Source: Selaginella moellendorffii
Taxonomy: Eukaryota; Plantae; Lycopodiophyta
Direction: 5' to 3'
Assembly: GCF_000143415.4 (NCBI RefSeq)
Contig: NW_003314415.1
Coordinates: forward strand, 62,001-126,000
Length of the DNA: 64,000 nt
Shown here: piece after piece, positions 1-11,792 of the stretch
How positions within the stretch are numbered: position 1 is the first letter of the stretch
Layout of the letters: each line of letters starts with the position of its first letter
The notes under the pieces: generated by a model
Told to the model about the DNA's origin: nothing
What the model saw: the letters and a program-made list of their open reading frames with translations, nothing else
Database searches by the model: none
Made by a program: the position numbers and the translations under genes

Positions 1-480
1 CTGAGAGGCTCTCTGACAAGCTGGCCTACAAAGAAGAACAAAGCTTTGATCGAGAGAGCGTCCAATCTCTTTCACTGACATGCCATAGTTTTGGTTCCAG
101 GAATAAGGTCCGATTCGAGATAGGATAGCACGCTCTCGGACATTCAACTAAGCTTTTTATAGAACAAATCGCTTTCTGGGGAAGTCTAAAAAGAAGGACG
201 CAAGGTGTCGTTTGGGACAATTCTATGCGAGGAAGAAACCACCAAACGATCGCAGCAGAAGGACTAGTACCATACTTTCTTCGCGTTAAGTTGCCTGAAA
301 ACTCCAGGATCTCTTTGATCCTCTGAGGTGTCTTCGCTTGTCCAAGAATCTCCAGGACTCGAATAAAAAAATCTCTGGGCCATGGTAGCAGTGCGGTAAA
401 TACATTGAGATCGATCACGATTTTCTTGCTGCTGGCCAAGGAGGAGCAATCAATCATTTCCTGGCCGAAAACATAAAATT
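1..480 (-). CDS. Probable multi-exon gene fragment of unknown product running off the left edge
   Basis: Open frame 26..535; plausible minus-strand splice signals (pyrimidine-rich AG acceptors near 27 and 186, GT donors near 78 and 275). No recognisable domain. Confidence 0.3.
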
Positions 481-2648
481 CTATCTGATGATTCCATGCA
501 AGACGACGAAGCAAGCGCGAGACCGAGCGTTTCAATCGGATAATTCACGGGAACATGATGTGGGTGTGGCCAGGGATTGTGGCCATATGGCCCAGACACG
601 GCATATAGCTGGCCGGGAAGGGAATGGAACCGACAACCTCTGGAGCATCGAGATTGCCGTACGACCACCCCGACCACGTGTCAGCCCAGGACCCACCAAA
701 TCTTGCTCGTATCCTAGAAAATCAGGTCGCCATCTTGGGGGGAAATGCTCTCCTGCCAGAGGCCATGCCCGCCACCTTTTCTTGTTTTTACCTTTGTTTC
801 TTACCACTCTGCTTTTAGGGTTCTTGGAAAAGGGCCCCCCCTCTCTCTCTCACACACAGACTCCCGCACATTCAAGCAAAATGTGTATTGAAGTGGAGCG
901 TCTCTTTCAGTTTGATTCTGTAAGATACCACACATTACACGCCGCGTGGAGTTTGGTGGGCATACAACAATCCTCACCTAATAACATACCCAATTTCGCT
1001 GCCACCACCTTTGGCGAACAACTGCGTACATTCTCCTCATGGGCGGGTCAACACCTCATATGTCTAGTGTGCCACAACCTAACTATGCCATGCCCTAAGA
1101 ATCAGGAGCCCTAAATCCAGATCCTGGGAAACGTAACGGCCAATCCGGCCGTTATGCACTTCCGTACACTGGCGCCACCAGGAATTGGGCGACACGTACA
1201 CAAGGCGGCTGGCCGGCGAGTTAAATTTTGGGCAGGCAACGTGTCGGGAGGTCCCCATGTCACCGGACAAATATCTGATACCGCCTCCACCGCCCGACAC
1301 GTGTCTTGGCACTTTTGTTGGCAACCGCCACGTACGTCTGACGGGCATTTCTTTGGGCGCGAACAAGTCTTGTCTTAAACCTAATTTTTCTGCGAGCCCT
1401 GACGAAGCGGATGGATGGGGCGATTTTGATTTCTAGTCCCGGAAAAGTTTCTCTTTGCTACAAGTTCTCCTATAAAGCTTTGTTTCGCCCCTCGTTTCTT
1501 TCAATCTTTTGCCCTTGATAGCTTTCAATCGAATCAATCCACCGCGCACCGCGCAACGCAAATGATGGCGCACAATCCTAGCTTTCTAGCTCACGACTCT
1601 CAACCGGAGCATCCCGGGTGGAATATGCCGCCCCCACATTGTCGGCGTCAAGCTCCACGTCATGTGGACCCTGTGGATAACGCCCGAATAAATATCCTGA
1701 GAAAACTATGGGGAAAGAAAATATATTTTTTTCTCTTTGCGGGTCACACACCGTACGACAAAAGCAGCCTTATCAAGTTTGGGTCACTACTTTAAGTTAG
1801 GTGGTTGTGGTTCACGTTGGAAAAGAGAATGGGCCATGGCCCAATCACCACGGACCCCACAGCCGTACGCGTGGAACGGCTCGCGGAAAGAAGAAAGAAA
1901 GAATATACCTTTTCTTTTACGGCATTATAGTGCGAATCTTGCTTGATCGCGTTCTTTTCTTTGTCGAGATAAGTCGTGTCGCTATGTCAAGGGACAGCTC
2001 GTGTAAAAATTTCCAAGGGAGACTGAAAGAAAGTAAAAAGAAATGGAGGCGCCATGGAAAGAAAAGAGGGGCCACGATCGTGCACGAACGGGAGTGGATT
2101 AAACCTGGGGAAAGATGGAATAAACCTTAAAGTATCCATACGCGTTCGTGGCATCGATTAGATCTTTATACTTGTCACATAGCTAGTCGGCCGCTGCTCG
2201 GCGATATTTTCGAGGTAGGGAAGGGATTCGAACCCGGGACCTATGGTCTTTGTCTTAAAGGTAAAGTTAGTTTTAAGCGGGTGGTCCGTTAAAATGGCCT
2301 CTCTTCGCATTCTTCTTGGGACATTTGGGAAATTTCGTTTGACCTAATTTTTCATTTCCTATTTTTCATTCACCCTTCTAACTTGAGGAGATTCTTCTTA
2401 TCTTTGCTTCTTCTCTGGTTCTTGCCTAGGGGAAGAAAAAAAATTTGCAGTGTAGGAGCTTGGCTAGCGATTGATTTGACGGAGAGCGCGAGAGCTCATT
2501 CTTCTTCTTCTTCTTCTTTGCGCCTTCCTCTCTCTTTGATCGATCGAATCTGGATCGCCCAACAAGAAAGAAGAGGCAGACGATGGCGCCGCTCATCCAA
2601 TTCTTGCAGTGAAGGAAGACCCAAGCGATTTTTTTCTTCGATTTCAAG

Positions 2649-4394
2649 ATGCCGGGAGTGTTGATCGATGATATGCCCTTCTCGCTGGATCATCCCGCCT
2701 CCACATCGCCATTCTTGGATAATCTCTCGCCGCTCTCATCGCCCTCTTCCCCCTTCCACCAGATGCATCACCACCACCACCACCTCCACCAGCAAAGCAG
2801 CAGTCTTTTGGAATCCATAATGGCCACCGTCTCTTCTCCCACCTCGTCCTCTCCGCCGTCCTCTCCGGTGGATAGTCCGCGCGGCACGTCGCACGACGCC
2901 GCGCTGTCTACCGTGCTGCACCGCTTCCTACCGTCCAACAACAGCGATGAAGCGACCTGGAGCGCCGAGGACGTCTACTCTTGCGACGAGTTCCGGATGT
3001 TCGAGTTCAAGGTCCGGCGGTGTATGCGCGGCCGGAGCCACGACTGGACCGAGTGCCCGTTCGCTCATCCGGGCGAGAAGGCTCGGCGGAGAGATCCGCG
3101 GCGGTTTCACTACTCGGGCACTGCCTGCCCGGACTTCCGCAAGGGGAGCTGCAAGAACGGCGACGCCTGCGAGCTGGCGCACGGCGTGTTCGAGTGCTGG
3201 CTGCATCCCGCGCGGTACCGCACGCAGCCGTGCAAGGATGGCCGGAGCTGCAAGAGGAGGGTGTGCTTCTTTGCGCACACGTCCGAGCAGCTCCGCCTCC
3301 TTCCCCAGGTCTCGCAGGCCATGAGCAATTCGCCTTCTTCCACTACCTCTTCCTCCTCGCCACCCTCTTCCTCCTCCTCAAACGCGCTCTTCTCGTCCTC
3401 GCCGTGTTCTTCGTCGCCATCGCCATCGCTGCCCTCTTCTTTCTGCGCCACCACCTCGCCGGATTCCTTCTCCTCCGCCGCTTTCGTGGGCTCTCCCTGC
3501 TCGCCGCGAAGATCTTCCGCCTCGGCCGCGGCATCGCTTCTCCGGAGCTTCAGCGACAAACCATTCGTGGGCTCGTCGCCGTCGCTTGGCTTGGATTCGT
3601 TCGAGCCCTCCAGCGCCATGTCGACGTCGCACTGCTGCTGCCACCAGGGCCCGCAACAGCAATCGCCTCGGGCAGTGGCGGCATGCAGCGCGGCACGCCT
3701 CATCTCCTCCCCGACCTCCACTCTCGTCGGCCTCGCGCAGTCTCCACCGCCGCTCTCCCCGCCACTCTCGCCGTCGCAGTCGCCGCCCATGTCGCCCTCG
3801 GCGGTACCGCGGCGTCACCTCGACACCCGCCGCCTCGGCTTCGCGTCCGCGCCGTCCAGCCCCGCCACCAGCCACCATCCGCTCCACAACAAGGCCATGT
3901 GCGATCTCGTCACGGCGCTCCAGCAGCTCGAGCTCCAGAAGTCGGTTGCCGTGCCGCACGTCGCGGGCGGTATGCAGCACGGTACCGCCGGCTGGGTCCA
4001 GTGCAGCCCGCAGTACAGCAGCGGCCCCAGCCCGCTCCGACCGGGGGCGAGCGCGGGGAGCTGGGCAGCGCCGTGCGCCGTGCCGCGCGGTACGAGCGTC
4101 AGCCTGCCGTGTACCCCGACCAAGCCGACGAGGTGGGACACAATGTGGGAGATGGAGATGGGCGAGGAGGATCTGTTGGAGGAGCAGGAGATGCTATCGA
4201 TGCCGGTGCCAAGGGTGGAATCGGGCAGGGATTTGCGAGCAAAGATCTATGGGAGGCTGGCGAACAAGGTGATTGGAAGTGGTGGAAATGGTGGTGGTGG
4301 CGGCGAGAGTAGCGGACTGGGGATCGGGTACGAGGCTGGAATTGGAGAGCCAAGCCCGGATCTGAATTGGGTGAACGATTTGGTGACCGAGTGA
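2649..4394 (+). CDS. TZF: Arginine-rich tandem CCCH zinc-finger protein (RR-TZF; SOMNUS/PEI1/TZF family), intronless
   Basis: Motif [39 protein letters not shown] followed by two CCCH fingers ([20 protein letters not shown]; [16 protein letters not shown]) and C-terminal [13 protein letters not shown]...[10 protein letters not shown]. Confidence 0.95.
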   Translation: MPGVLIDDMPFSLDHPASTSPFLDNLSPLSSPSSPFHQMHHHHHHLHQQSSSLLESIMATVSSPTSSSPPSSPVDSPRGTSHDAALSTVLHRFLPSNNSDEATWSAEDVYSCDEFRMFEFKVRRCMRGRSHDWTECPFAHPGEKARRRDPRRFHYSGTACPDFRKGSCKNGDACELAHGVFECWLHPARYRTQPCKDGRSCKRRVCFFAHTSEQLRLLPQVSQAMSNSPSSTTSSSSPPSSSSSNALFSSSPCSSSPSPSLPSSFCATTSPDSFSSAAFVGSPCSPRRSSASAAASLLRSFSDKPFVGSSPSLGLDSFEPSSAMSTSHCCCHQGPQQQSPRAVAACSAARLISSPTSTLVGLAQSPPPLSPPLSPSQSPPMSPSAVPRRHLDTRRLGFASAPSSPATSHHPLHNKAMCDLVTALQQLELQKSVAVPHVAGGMQHGTAGWVQCSPQYSSGPSPLRPGASAGSWAAPCAVPRGTSVSLPCTPTKPTRWDTMWEMEMGEEDLLEEQEMLSMPVPRVESGRDLRAKIYGRLANKVIGSGGNGGGGGESSGLGIGYEAGIGEPSPDLNWVNDLVTE

Positions 4395-5667
4395 CATGGA
4401 TGGATGATCCGACCCAACGCGCGCTTGGCGATTTCTCTCTATACAGGCATTTTTCGATTCTTTTTTTAAGATTTATTCAGTAGGAGCAAGCAAGAGTAGC
4501 AGCAAAAGACTCAAGAGGCGATGGATTGAAGAAAACAAAAACAAGGGAAGAGTTTCTCAGGAACTGAGGTGCTTTGGTTCCGGATCAAGCAAAGGCAAGA
4601 GGGGTGAACCGATTTAACTCGGACGAGGTAGTAGTTTAACGATATTGAAGAAAAATTTGAGAAAGTTGGCAGAGGAGTTGTGGTATATGATGTTTATAGG
4701 AGGGATGGTGCCAGATCTCTTTCTGTAGTTTGGGGGTTTCTCTTTTTTTGGTTCTTCTTTCTTGCTCACTTGGTTGGATGAAGATCCTCCAAGTCTATGT
4801 TTATTTCTTGAATTTTTTTGTGTACATTGTTTTTGCAGCTGGTCTTTTCCATTTTTTCTTTATGTAAATAATATATACTATATATACTATATAAATGCCT
4901 TTTTAACGCACTTCTCTCGCGAAGAAATTGGACCCTCATGTTAGTAGCTCTGGAAAATGACACCAAAAACGACTGACTGTAGCTAGGAAAACTAAATAAA
5001 AAAGTAGACAGTGGAAGTAAGAACAACATGAGGTCTTTGATCATCAACATCAGCAACGAAAAGAACTATGGAGAAAAAAATTAATAAAAAAAAAAAGCAA
5101 GAAGAGTTTCAAGTCTTTCAAGCAACTCTCTCTACCTGGTTGGTCTTAAAGCCGGAGGCCTTTTTTTTGGCTTGACAAGACGAGATTCGGAAGAAGATAT
5201 CTGGGCTGTACAATGTACATAGATATAGAATCACGAGGATCAAGACATCAGCACCTATAGCAACTATTATGGATAGATTTAATCAAACAATCCCGAGCTT
5301 GATATTCTTGAGCGATTGAGGGACCATCCTGAGCCTTGAAAGCGACTGGCTTGCGCCGTGGCGGAGGTGTTGATCACTCTAGGAGAGCTTTCCAAGTCAA
5401 AACAACCAACAAAGTCTTTGAGATAGGCCTTTGCGTGTGAAGGATAGGGAGAGCTTGATGTCCAGTTAGCCTTATCTGCACTTGTTGCTTGGATGGTGAC
5501 TAAAGCTATGTGTTTCTTGAGAGGCGTATTAGTTATTAACTCCCATACACAACAGCTTCCATCTTTTAGCTGTGATTTAGAGGCCACAACCCGTGACTTC
5601 CTCGGGCTATGCGATTGAGTCCATTATGGAAGACCAGGATGCTCGGGCATCCTTTCGATTGATTGCA

Positions 5668-5862
5668 TGGAGCACAGGGCGTGGAGCGTGGAGCTTGGCG
5701 TTTGGAGCTTTAGGAGCGTGAAGGTTTGGAGTTTTTGGAGCTTGGGTGGATCGCTTGGGTGGTGCTGGTTGGAGCTCACTGGAGCTTTTGGAGCGTGGAG
5801 TTGATCCTTTTTGGAGCTTGGAGCTTGTGGAGCAAGCGTGGCTTGGAGTTTCTGGAGCGTGG
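5668..5862. repeat. Degenerate TGGAGC-based low-complexity tandem repeat
   Basis: More than a dozen (T)GGAGC/GGAGT units with 1-15 nt spacers. Confidence 0.7.
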
Positions 5863-6274
5863 AACTATAAACTTGTATAGATATTGGAATTTCAAGTGTA
5901 CAACAATGTATTTGAACCTGGTGCTCATAGAAGCAGAAGGTGAAGAGATTGGATATGGTATATAGAAATAGTATGCTGGACTCGTGCTTTATAGAGTACA
6001 ATCTACAAAATAGCTCATTATTTGCTATTAAAAAGGATTTAAAACATATAATATGTGTAGCAAATAGTTTTTTTAATCACAAGTAATAGTAATAATATTA
6101 AGAAGCTTTTTGTTTGCTATTATCATAGCCAAAATCAATATGAAATTTTGAATGTTTCAGAATTCCATGAGGCGAACTTTCATTTCAGCTTGGGTCACAT
6201 TTGAGATTATTAAACCTTGAATAGTTTATGCTTGAAACAATCACAGTGTTTGTAAGAACTTGGGACTTTGTTCG

Positions 6275-8796
6275 TCACTGGGTTATGTAAGGCTGGGTGT
6301 TGTCGAGCAGCATCAAGGCCGACGAGATTCCATACACAGCCTGCCACTGCACAACATCGTAAACCGATGCTACCAGCCTCCCACTTCCTTGGGGATCTTC
6401 GGCAAACGGTGAACCCAGCTCCGCTAGAGTGGCCCCGACAGCCTTTTTTATCCCCTTGCGAGCTTTGACGACGAGTTTGTCGCTGGAATCACTGCCCGTC
6501 ACAAGAACCATCTGCTGCTCGCTCTTTTCCTCGTGGAGCTGTGCCACTCCACTCAACCAGTCCAGCACTGCGACCTGTGCTGCTCCCAGTGACAATCCTC
6601 TGAGATCCAGTAGAAGCTTCATCTTGGTGAGCTTTGGCCTCTTGTACCACGGGAGTAAGCTCCTGGCTGCTACCATCACTGACTTTGCCCGGCGTTTCAA
6701 TCCTTTCCTCCACAGCCCGTCCATGAGCGAGTTGTAAAACGAGAGGTTGGCCTCTGCGTCTTTGGTTTGAGCCATCTTCTGGAGGAACGCCATCACGTCC
6801 TTCGGCAAGTCCGCTATGCTACCTTCCAGCAGCGACTCGCAGCTCTCGTACAAAGGCAGGAACATAAGCTGGTAGACTATCCTGCACGTCTCCCACCGGC
6901 TAGTCTCCAGCGTTCTCACCAGTGGCATGATCTCCGGCGAGGAATCACCGCATGCCGCTATCAGTACTCCGTATCCTGGAACACCTGGCTCGATGTCTTC
7001 GCTGTCCATTTCACTCAGAATATTGGCGGCTTCCGTGTACCACTCCCCACGAATATATAGGTGCAGCATTGCATTGTATGCCACCGCAGTGATTTGACAG
7101 TTGCTCCTCATTGTAACACAGACCTGTAATGCGGATAAAGATACAGGGTGTCAGCACAACTAAAAGGTATGGGATCACCTCATGTCCCGATCTTGTCCAG
7201 CCCTTCATTGCGTATGCGTGAATCATTGACGTGTATGTATGCGCTGTTGGAGAGATTTTCAGCCGCAGCATCCTCTTGTAGAGCTCTTCTGCTTTAGCAC
7301 ACCTCCCGCTCCTCACAAGTGCTGTGATGGCCGACGTATAAGTTATAGCATTGGCTTTCAGCCCCGAGCCACACACCTCGTTGTACAATTGCATGGCTTG
7401 GAGGTGAAGCCCAGCCTTGGCACATGCGTCCAGTAAAATGTTATAGACAATTAGAGAAGGTTTTGCAATCTGCCACAAGAAACACAACGATGTAATAAAC
7501 ATCAGCTGTAAGATACAAGTACCTGTTTGGATTCACGGAAGATGGTGAAAGCCTGATCCAAGCAGCCAGCTTTGCAATAAGCAAGAAGCAACTGTTCATA
7601 GCACGTCGAGTTGGCTTTCAGTCCTGCCTGTTTTAGCATTTGAAACAGCTGCTGGGTCCGAGTGTGGTTTCCTTTTTGCGCGTGGAGCTGCATCAACTTT
7701 ACAAGCACCTGAAACAAAACAACACCTTGCACTTTTGAAATGGTTTTAACAGTACCAAAATCCTACCTTGGAATCAGCAGAATGGCCAGCAGCGATCATA
7801 GCGGAAAAACACTTGTCCGCATTTTCTACTTCACTTTTCTTCCAGCAGGCAGCAATGAGTTCCGAGTACGTTTTTTGGCTCGCCTTCAGCTCGTGGCTGT
7901 GCATATGATCCAAAACCTCCAGCGCCAGCTTGAGCTCGGGAGTTTTCGAATTCAAATACGCTGCAACCAGCTACCAAGCCATCCTTGTGCGTAAGACAGA
8001 CTCAAACTCAAAAGATACCTGTTCGTAGCTAACATGGTCGGGTTGAATGCCGAACTTTTGCATCTCGAGCATGCAGTCCAGCATGCGCTCGGCCATGCCC
8101 TGCTTGGCATAGCCACCCAACAGCGCATTGTAAAGAAAAAGATCGAGGCCAAAGCCTAGCTGCTGGACCTCCGTAAGAATGGCCTCGGCTTCTTCAAGCC
8201 TCCCGTGCCTGGCAAGCACCGCTACCATCGTCGTGTACACCTTTAGAATCTGTACTACTTCCCTGTCTTCCTCGTTTTTCTGGATGCCGGTGTTGGGCTT
8301 CAGAAAGATGGAGCTCGTCTCCTTGAAAACTCCAAACACGGCCAACGCTAGCTCCCAATGCTTTTTCCCTACGTTGCTAAGAACTTTGCTCCAGTCCTCC
8401 GTCGATATCCTCTGGAACGCGTTACTCAAGCTACCCTCGATCTCTGCTTGATACACAATCGCCGCTATAAGCTCGTCAAGTTCTGGTTTTTCCACTGAAT
8501 TCCCTGTCGTCTCGTCCAGCCTCTTTGAGGCCGCCGTCAACCTCTGGAAGTGCCCATTTTGCCTTCCAAATCGACTGAAATACTTGCCATCGACGAGAAG
8601 ATCGATCCCATACTTCTTTATCCCAGCACATTCAAATCCTGGAAGCAAATCAAACAAGGTAAGAATTGAAAGCTTACCACCAAAGTAGAATTTTCTTACC
8701 CGAGAATAGTTGTGTCCGGGAATGAGCCACATTAAATGGATGTAGCAATCCCTCCACACCGGTGTTGAGCAGCGATGGCGCGATCATAGGCGCCAT
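6275..8796 (-). CDS. P-class PPR protein with C-terminal SMR domain (multi-exon)
   Basis: PPR motifs (VYTTMVAVLARHGRLEEAE; IVYNILLDACAKAG; ITYTSAITALVRSG) and SMR signature LLLDLRGLSLGAAQVAVLDWL...VLVTG. ATG 8796 (MAPMIAPSLL) splices in frame via an intron at ~8699-8639. Confidence 0.88.
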
Positions 8797-9672
8797 TCTT
8801 TTCTAATTTCTTGGATACCACCGATATCACTCCCTTCAACGTTCTTGATTCTTGGCAGTCATCGAATCATGGCCCCCGATCGGGATCCTCTCGAAATCTG
8901 AGCTAAATCGCCAATGACCTACCTCGAACAGCGCGAAGCCGGCGATCGATCGATGGAGACAGCGGCGGGGCCGGCGGCGGCGGCGGCTGGAGGAGAGGAG
9001 GATGGGAGGAGGAGCTCGGCCTCCCGCCCGCAATCGCATTCCAAGCTCGCCTCTCTCACCGATGATCCGCGACCATCAACACTGACAAACGCGAACCTAG
9101 GGCCCCGTCTGACACGTGGATGGCCCGATCGTCATCTTGGATTTCGCTTGGCTCCCATTTTCCTGCCATCTCTCTTCAACCGTACAAGCCGTACCCATGC
9201 CGTACCCATTGTACGGGAGATAGATAACATGACCCTTGGGTTTTAATCTTATCAACACGATAGCTTTGGCAGAAGAGAAAACTAGATGGGTCGATCGATC
9301 AATGACGAACGAAGATCGATCGTTCTCTTGCTCTTCTTCTCCAATTCGATTCGATCGATCTAGTCGCGAGGATTTCCTCCTTCCTGGGCTTATGGTCTTC
9401 CACATCACACATTAATAAAAGCGTGAAGCCAAACGAGGTCACCTACACCGCTCGTCAGCATGCTCTTTAACTCGGAAGATGGATTCCCACGCTGAATCAT
9501 TGATTACGGTAGCCCCCGCTCCAATAAGTGATGCATTCTCGCCTCCTCTTCTCGGCTGCCGATCGGTGCTTTTACTCGAGGCAGTAGTAGTCCCTCCGAG
9601 CTAAATCTCCACGAACCAGCCATGCGATCCAATCCAAGCTGCGCGATGAGTCGAGTCCGCTCTCGAAAGTTG

Positions 9673-10977
9673 CTAGAGGTTGAGCCGGCTGAGTCCGTCG
9701 CTGAGACCATCCTGATCCGCTGCCTCTTGCGGCTGTGATCGCTGAGGAGGAGCAGCACTCACGGCCACCACCGAGCGGACTCTCACCGGCGGAGCTAGCG
9801 AAACCTGTGGTCTTCTCAAGTGATAGCCCGACGAGAGCAAGGAGCTGTCCGACTGCCACCAGTGAGAGTCGGTTGTCCGGGGCCAAAACATCGGGCTCCG
9901 AGAGCTCCGCTTGGGCTCCTCAGGCATGGGCCTGCTGCTGCTGGCGCAGGTGCTGCTGCTACTGCTGCTCTCTCCACGGAGCCAATCTTCCTCGTCTCGG
10001 CGATGCTCTTCGATAGGCGGAGGGACTTCGTGGGTCAGCTGGACGTTCCTCGTGCGGACCCGTGGATGCGTCATGCCGTAAGCTCTGATATCCCTGGGCA
10101 ACGCTAGCGCTTCCGGATTCGAGGAACGCGGGTTCGTCGAGCAAAAGCCTGCTCCAGATCTTAGATGCTGCTGCTGACTGCCCAAGTATCCCACAGTGCA
10201 GTCCTTGTCGAACAAGGACGGCACCGTATACTGCCTCGGTCTGGAAGCTTGCCCGCCGCCAACTTTCTCGTAAGCAAGGTACAAAACTCGTGCTATGCTG
10301 ATCTGCTCTTGATCCTCGGTCATCTCGTCTGAGTAGAACAAACTTGGAGGAGCCAGTTTCTTCGCAACTGCAATCAGCCAGAACTCGCGGTTCAAACCAA
10401 GAGACAATCAAAACGAAGAGAGGAAACTTACATTGCTTCAGCGTCGCCCACGCGGCCATGGCAGCGTTCTTTTCAGCTTGCTTCTTCGTTTTCCCAGCGT
10501 CCCCGGTGAAGTTCATCCCGGCAACCTCGACGACGCATGTAAAAACCGGCAAATGCCCAGGCCCAGACCTGGTGGTAGTGTACGTTGGCAATGGCACATT
10601 CGCCCTTTGGGCCGTTTCTTGCAAGAGATTCTTGAAAACACCCGTTTCATCCTGTGAAGAAAAAAAAATAAACAAGAGAAGGAAGTATCAGTGTCCATCT
10701 CCACAAAGCATTGAAACTTAGAAACACTTACCAAAATCCGAGCAGCGAGAGACTGTGAAGGACCTCGTCGAGAGAGAACATTGAGAGCGAGCTCCGCGGC
10801 GGCATGCTCGGCCTGCCTCAGTGTGCTACAGTAATTTGGGCTCTCAAAAACCTCGCCATTGAAGTTCACGGCCGCCTTGAATCGCGGCGCATGATCAGGG
10901 CCTTCCCTGATACACGAATACGCCGGCAAATTGAAGCAGCTCCTCTGCGCTAATTCCTGGAGCTGGTTCTTGTACAT
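9673..10977 (-). CDS. DRB2: Double-stranded RNA-binding protein, DRB2/3/5 clade (3 coding exons)
   Basis: Two dsRBMs: MYKNQLQELAQRSCFNLPAYSCIREGPDHAPRFKA... and DETGVFKNLLQETAQRA...KTKKQAEKNAAMAAW; then EDQEQISIARVL and a low-complexity tail. Confidence 0.93.
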
Positions 10978-11792
10978 CTCTGCCAAGACCCAATTATCAG
11001 CCCCTGGAACCACAGATCTAGCACTCCTTATCGCAATCGAAACGAGCATTTCCAAGAAAACCCTCGCTACCGGCGCTTACCTGAGAAATTTCTCTAGCCG
11101 AGGATCGATATTTCGCCCCCGCCAGCGCGCCTGCTACCTCCGGCAATCCGCGGCAACGAAGACGAAGAATGCAGGCCGGAAATCCCTCGAAACCTCGCGA
11201 GAAGCTCGAAATCCACCGCCTAGAAGCGCCACTCAATCAGCTCCGCGTCGCAATGTAGCCCCGGCCAGCGCCTGGACGAGCGACGAGCTGGATCTGGGAA
11301 GATGAAGGGATAGAACGGAGGAAGAAAAAAGAAGGAACAACAACACCTAAATGCCGAATGAATATGTGCGTAAAAGCCGTATAGCGTATTGGTTAACAGG
11401 CTGGCCCATTTAAGTTTAATCGCCCGGTTCCATAAATATTTACTGGCATGGTTTTAAAACGGTGCTTACATGGATTCGAACCGTGGAGCTCTGGAGATCC
11501 CTGACAGGGATGCGCGCACTGGAGCTAGGGTTTTAGGACGCGCGAGGAGGGAGCGAGCGCATTCCCTATCAGGTTGCTACAAAGATTTGCGTGATTTCTA
11601 CGTGAGATCATTGTGCGATTGCTGTGCGTGTGCGATAAGTAGAGAAATTTGTGTGTTCTTGTTGAATGGTAGAGTCTTTTTGTCTGTGCTGTGCGATTTG
11701 ATTCTTGTCCATGACTCTAAAGATTGATTTGTTTGGCGCGTCTTTTCAGTGGCAATTGTTTTGCACATCTTTCTCGGAGGCAATTGAGATCG

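Noticed and set aside
2214-2250. B-box-like GGTTCGAATCCC on the minus strand
   Set aside because: No cloverleaf can be built; at best a tiny tRNA/SINE relic.
2981-4312. Long alternative-frame and antisense ORFs over the TZF gene (likewise over OXP1, the RLK and the ankyrin gene)
   Set aside because: Expected shadows of GC-rich coding sequence; no domains.
5279-5587. 102-aa minus-strand ORF
   Set aside because: Non-ATG start, no motif, no supporting signals.
5668-5862. Possible CRISPR-like array
   Set aside because: Units are only 6 nt with irregular short spacers, in a eukaryotic context with no cas genes.
8836-9039. Arg/Ser-rich ORF as transit-peptide exon of the PPR-SMR gene
   Set aside because: An in-frame ATG at 8796 already gives a consistent model; could not verify an in-phase splice from this ORF.
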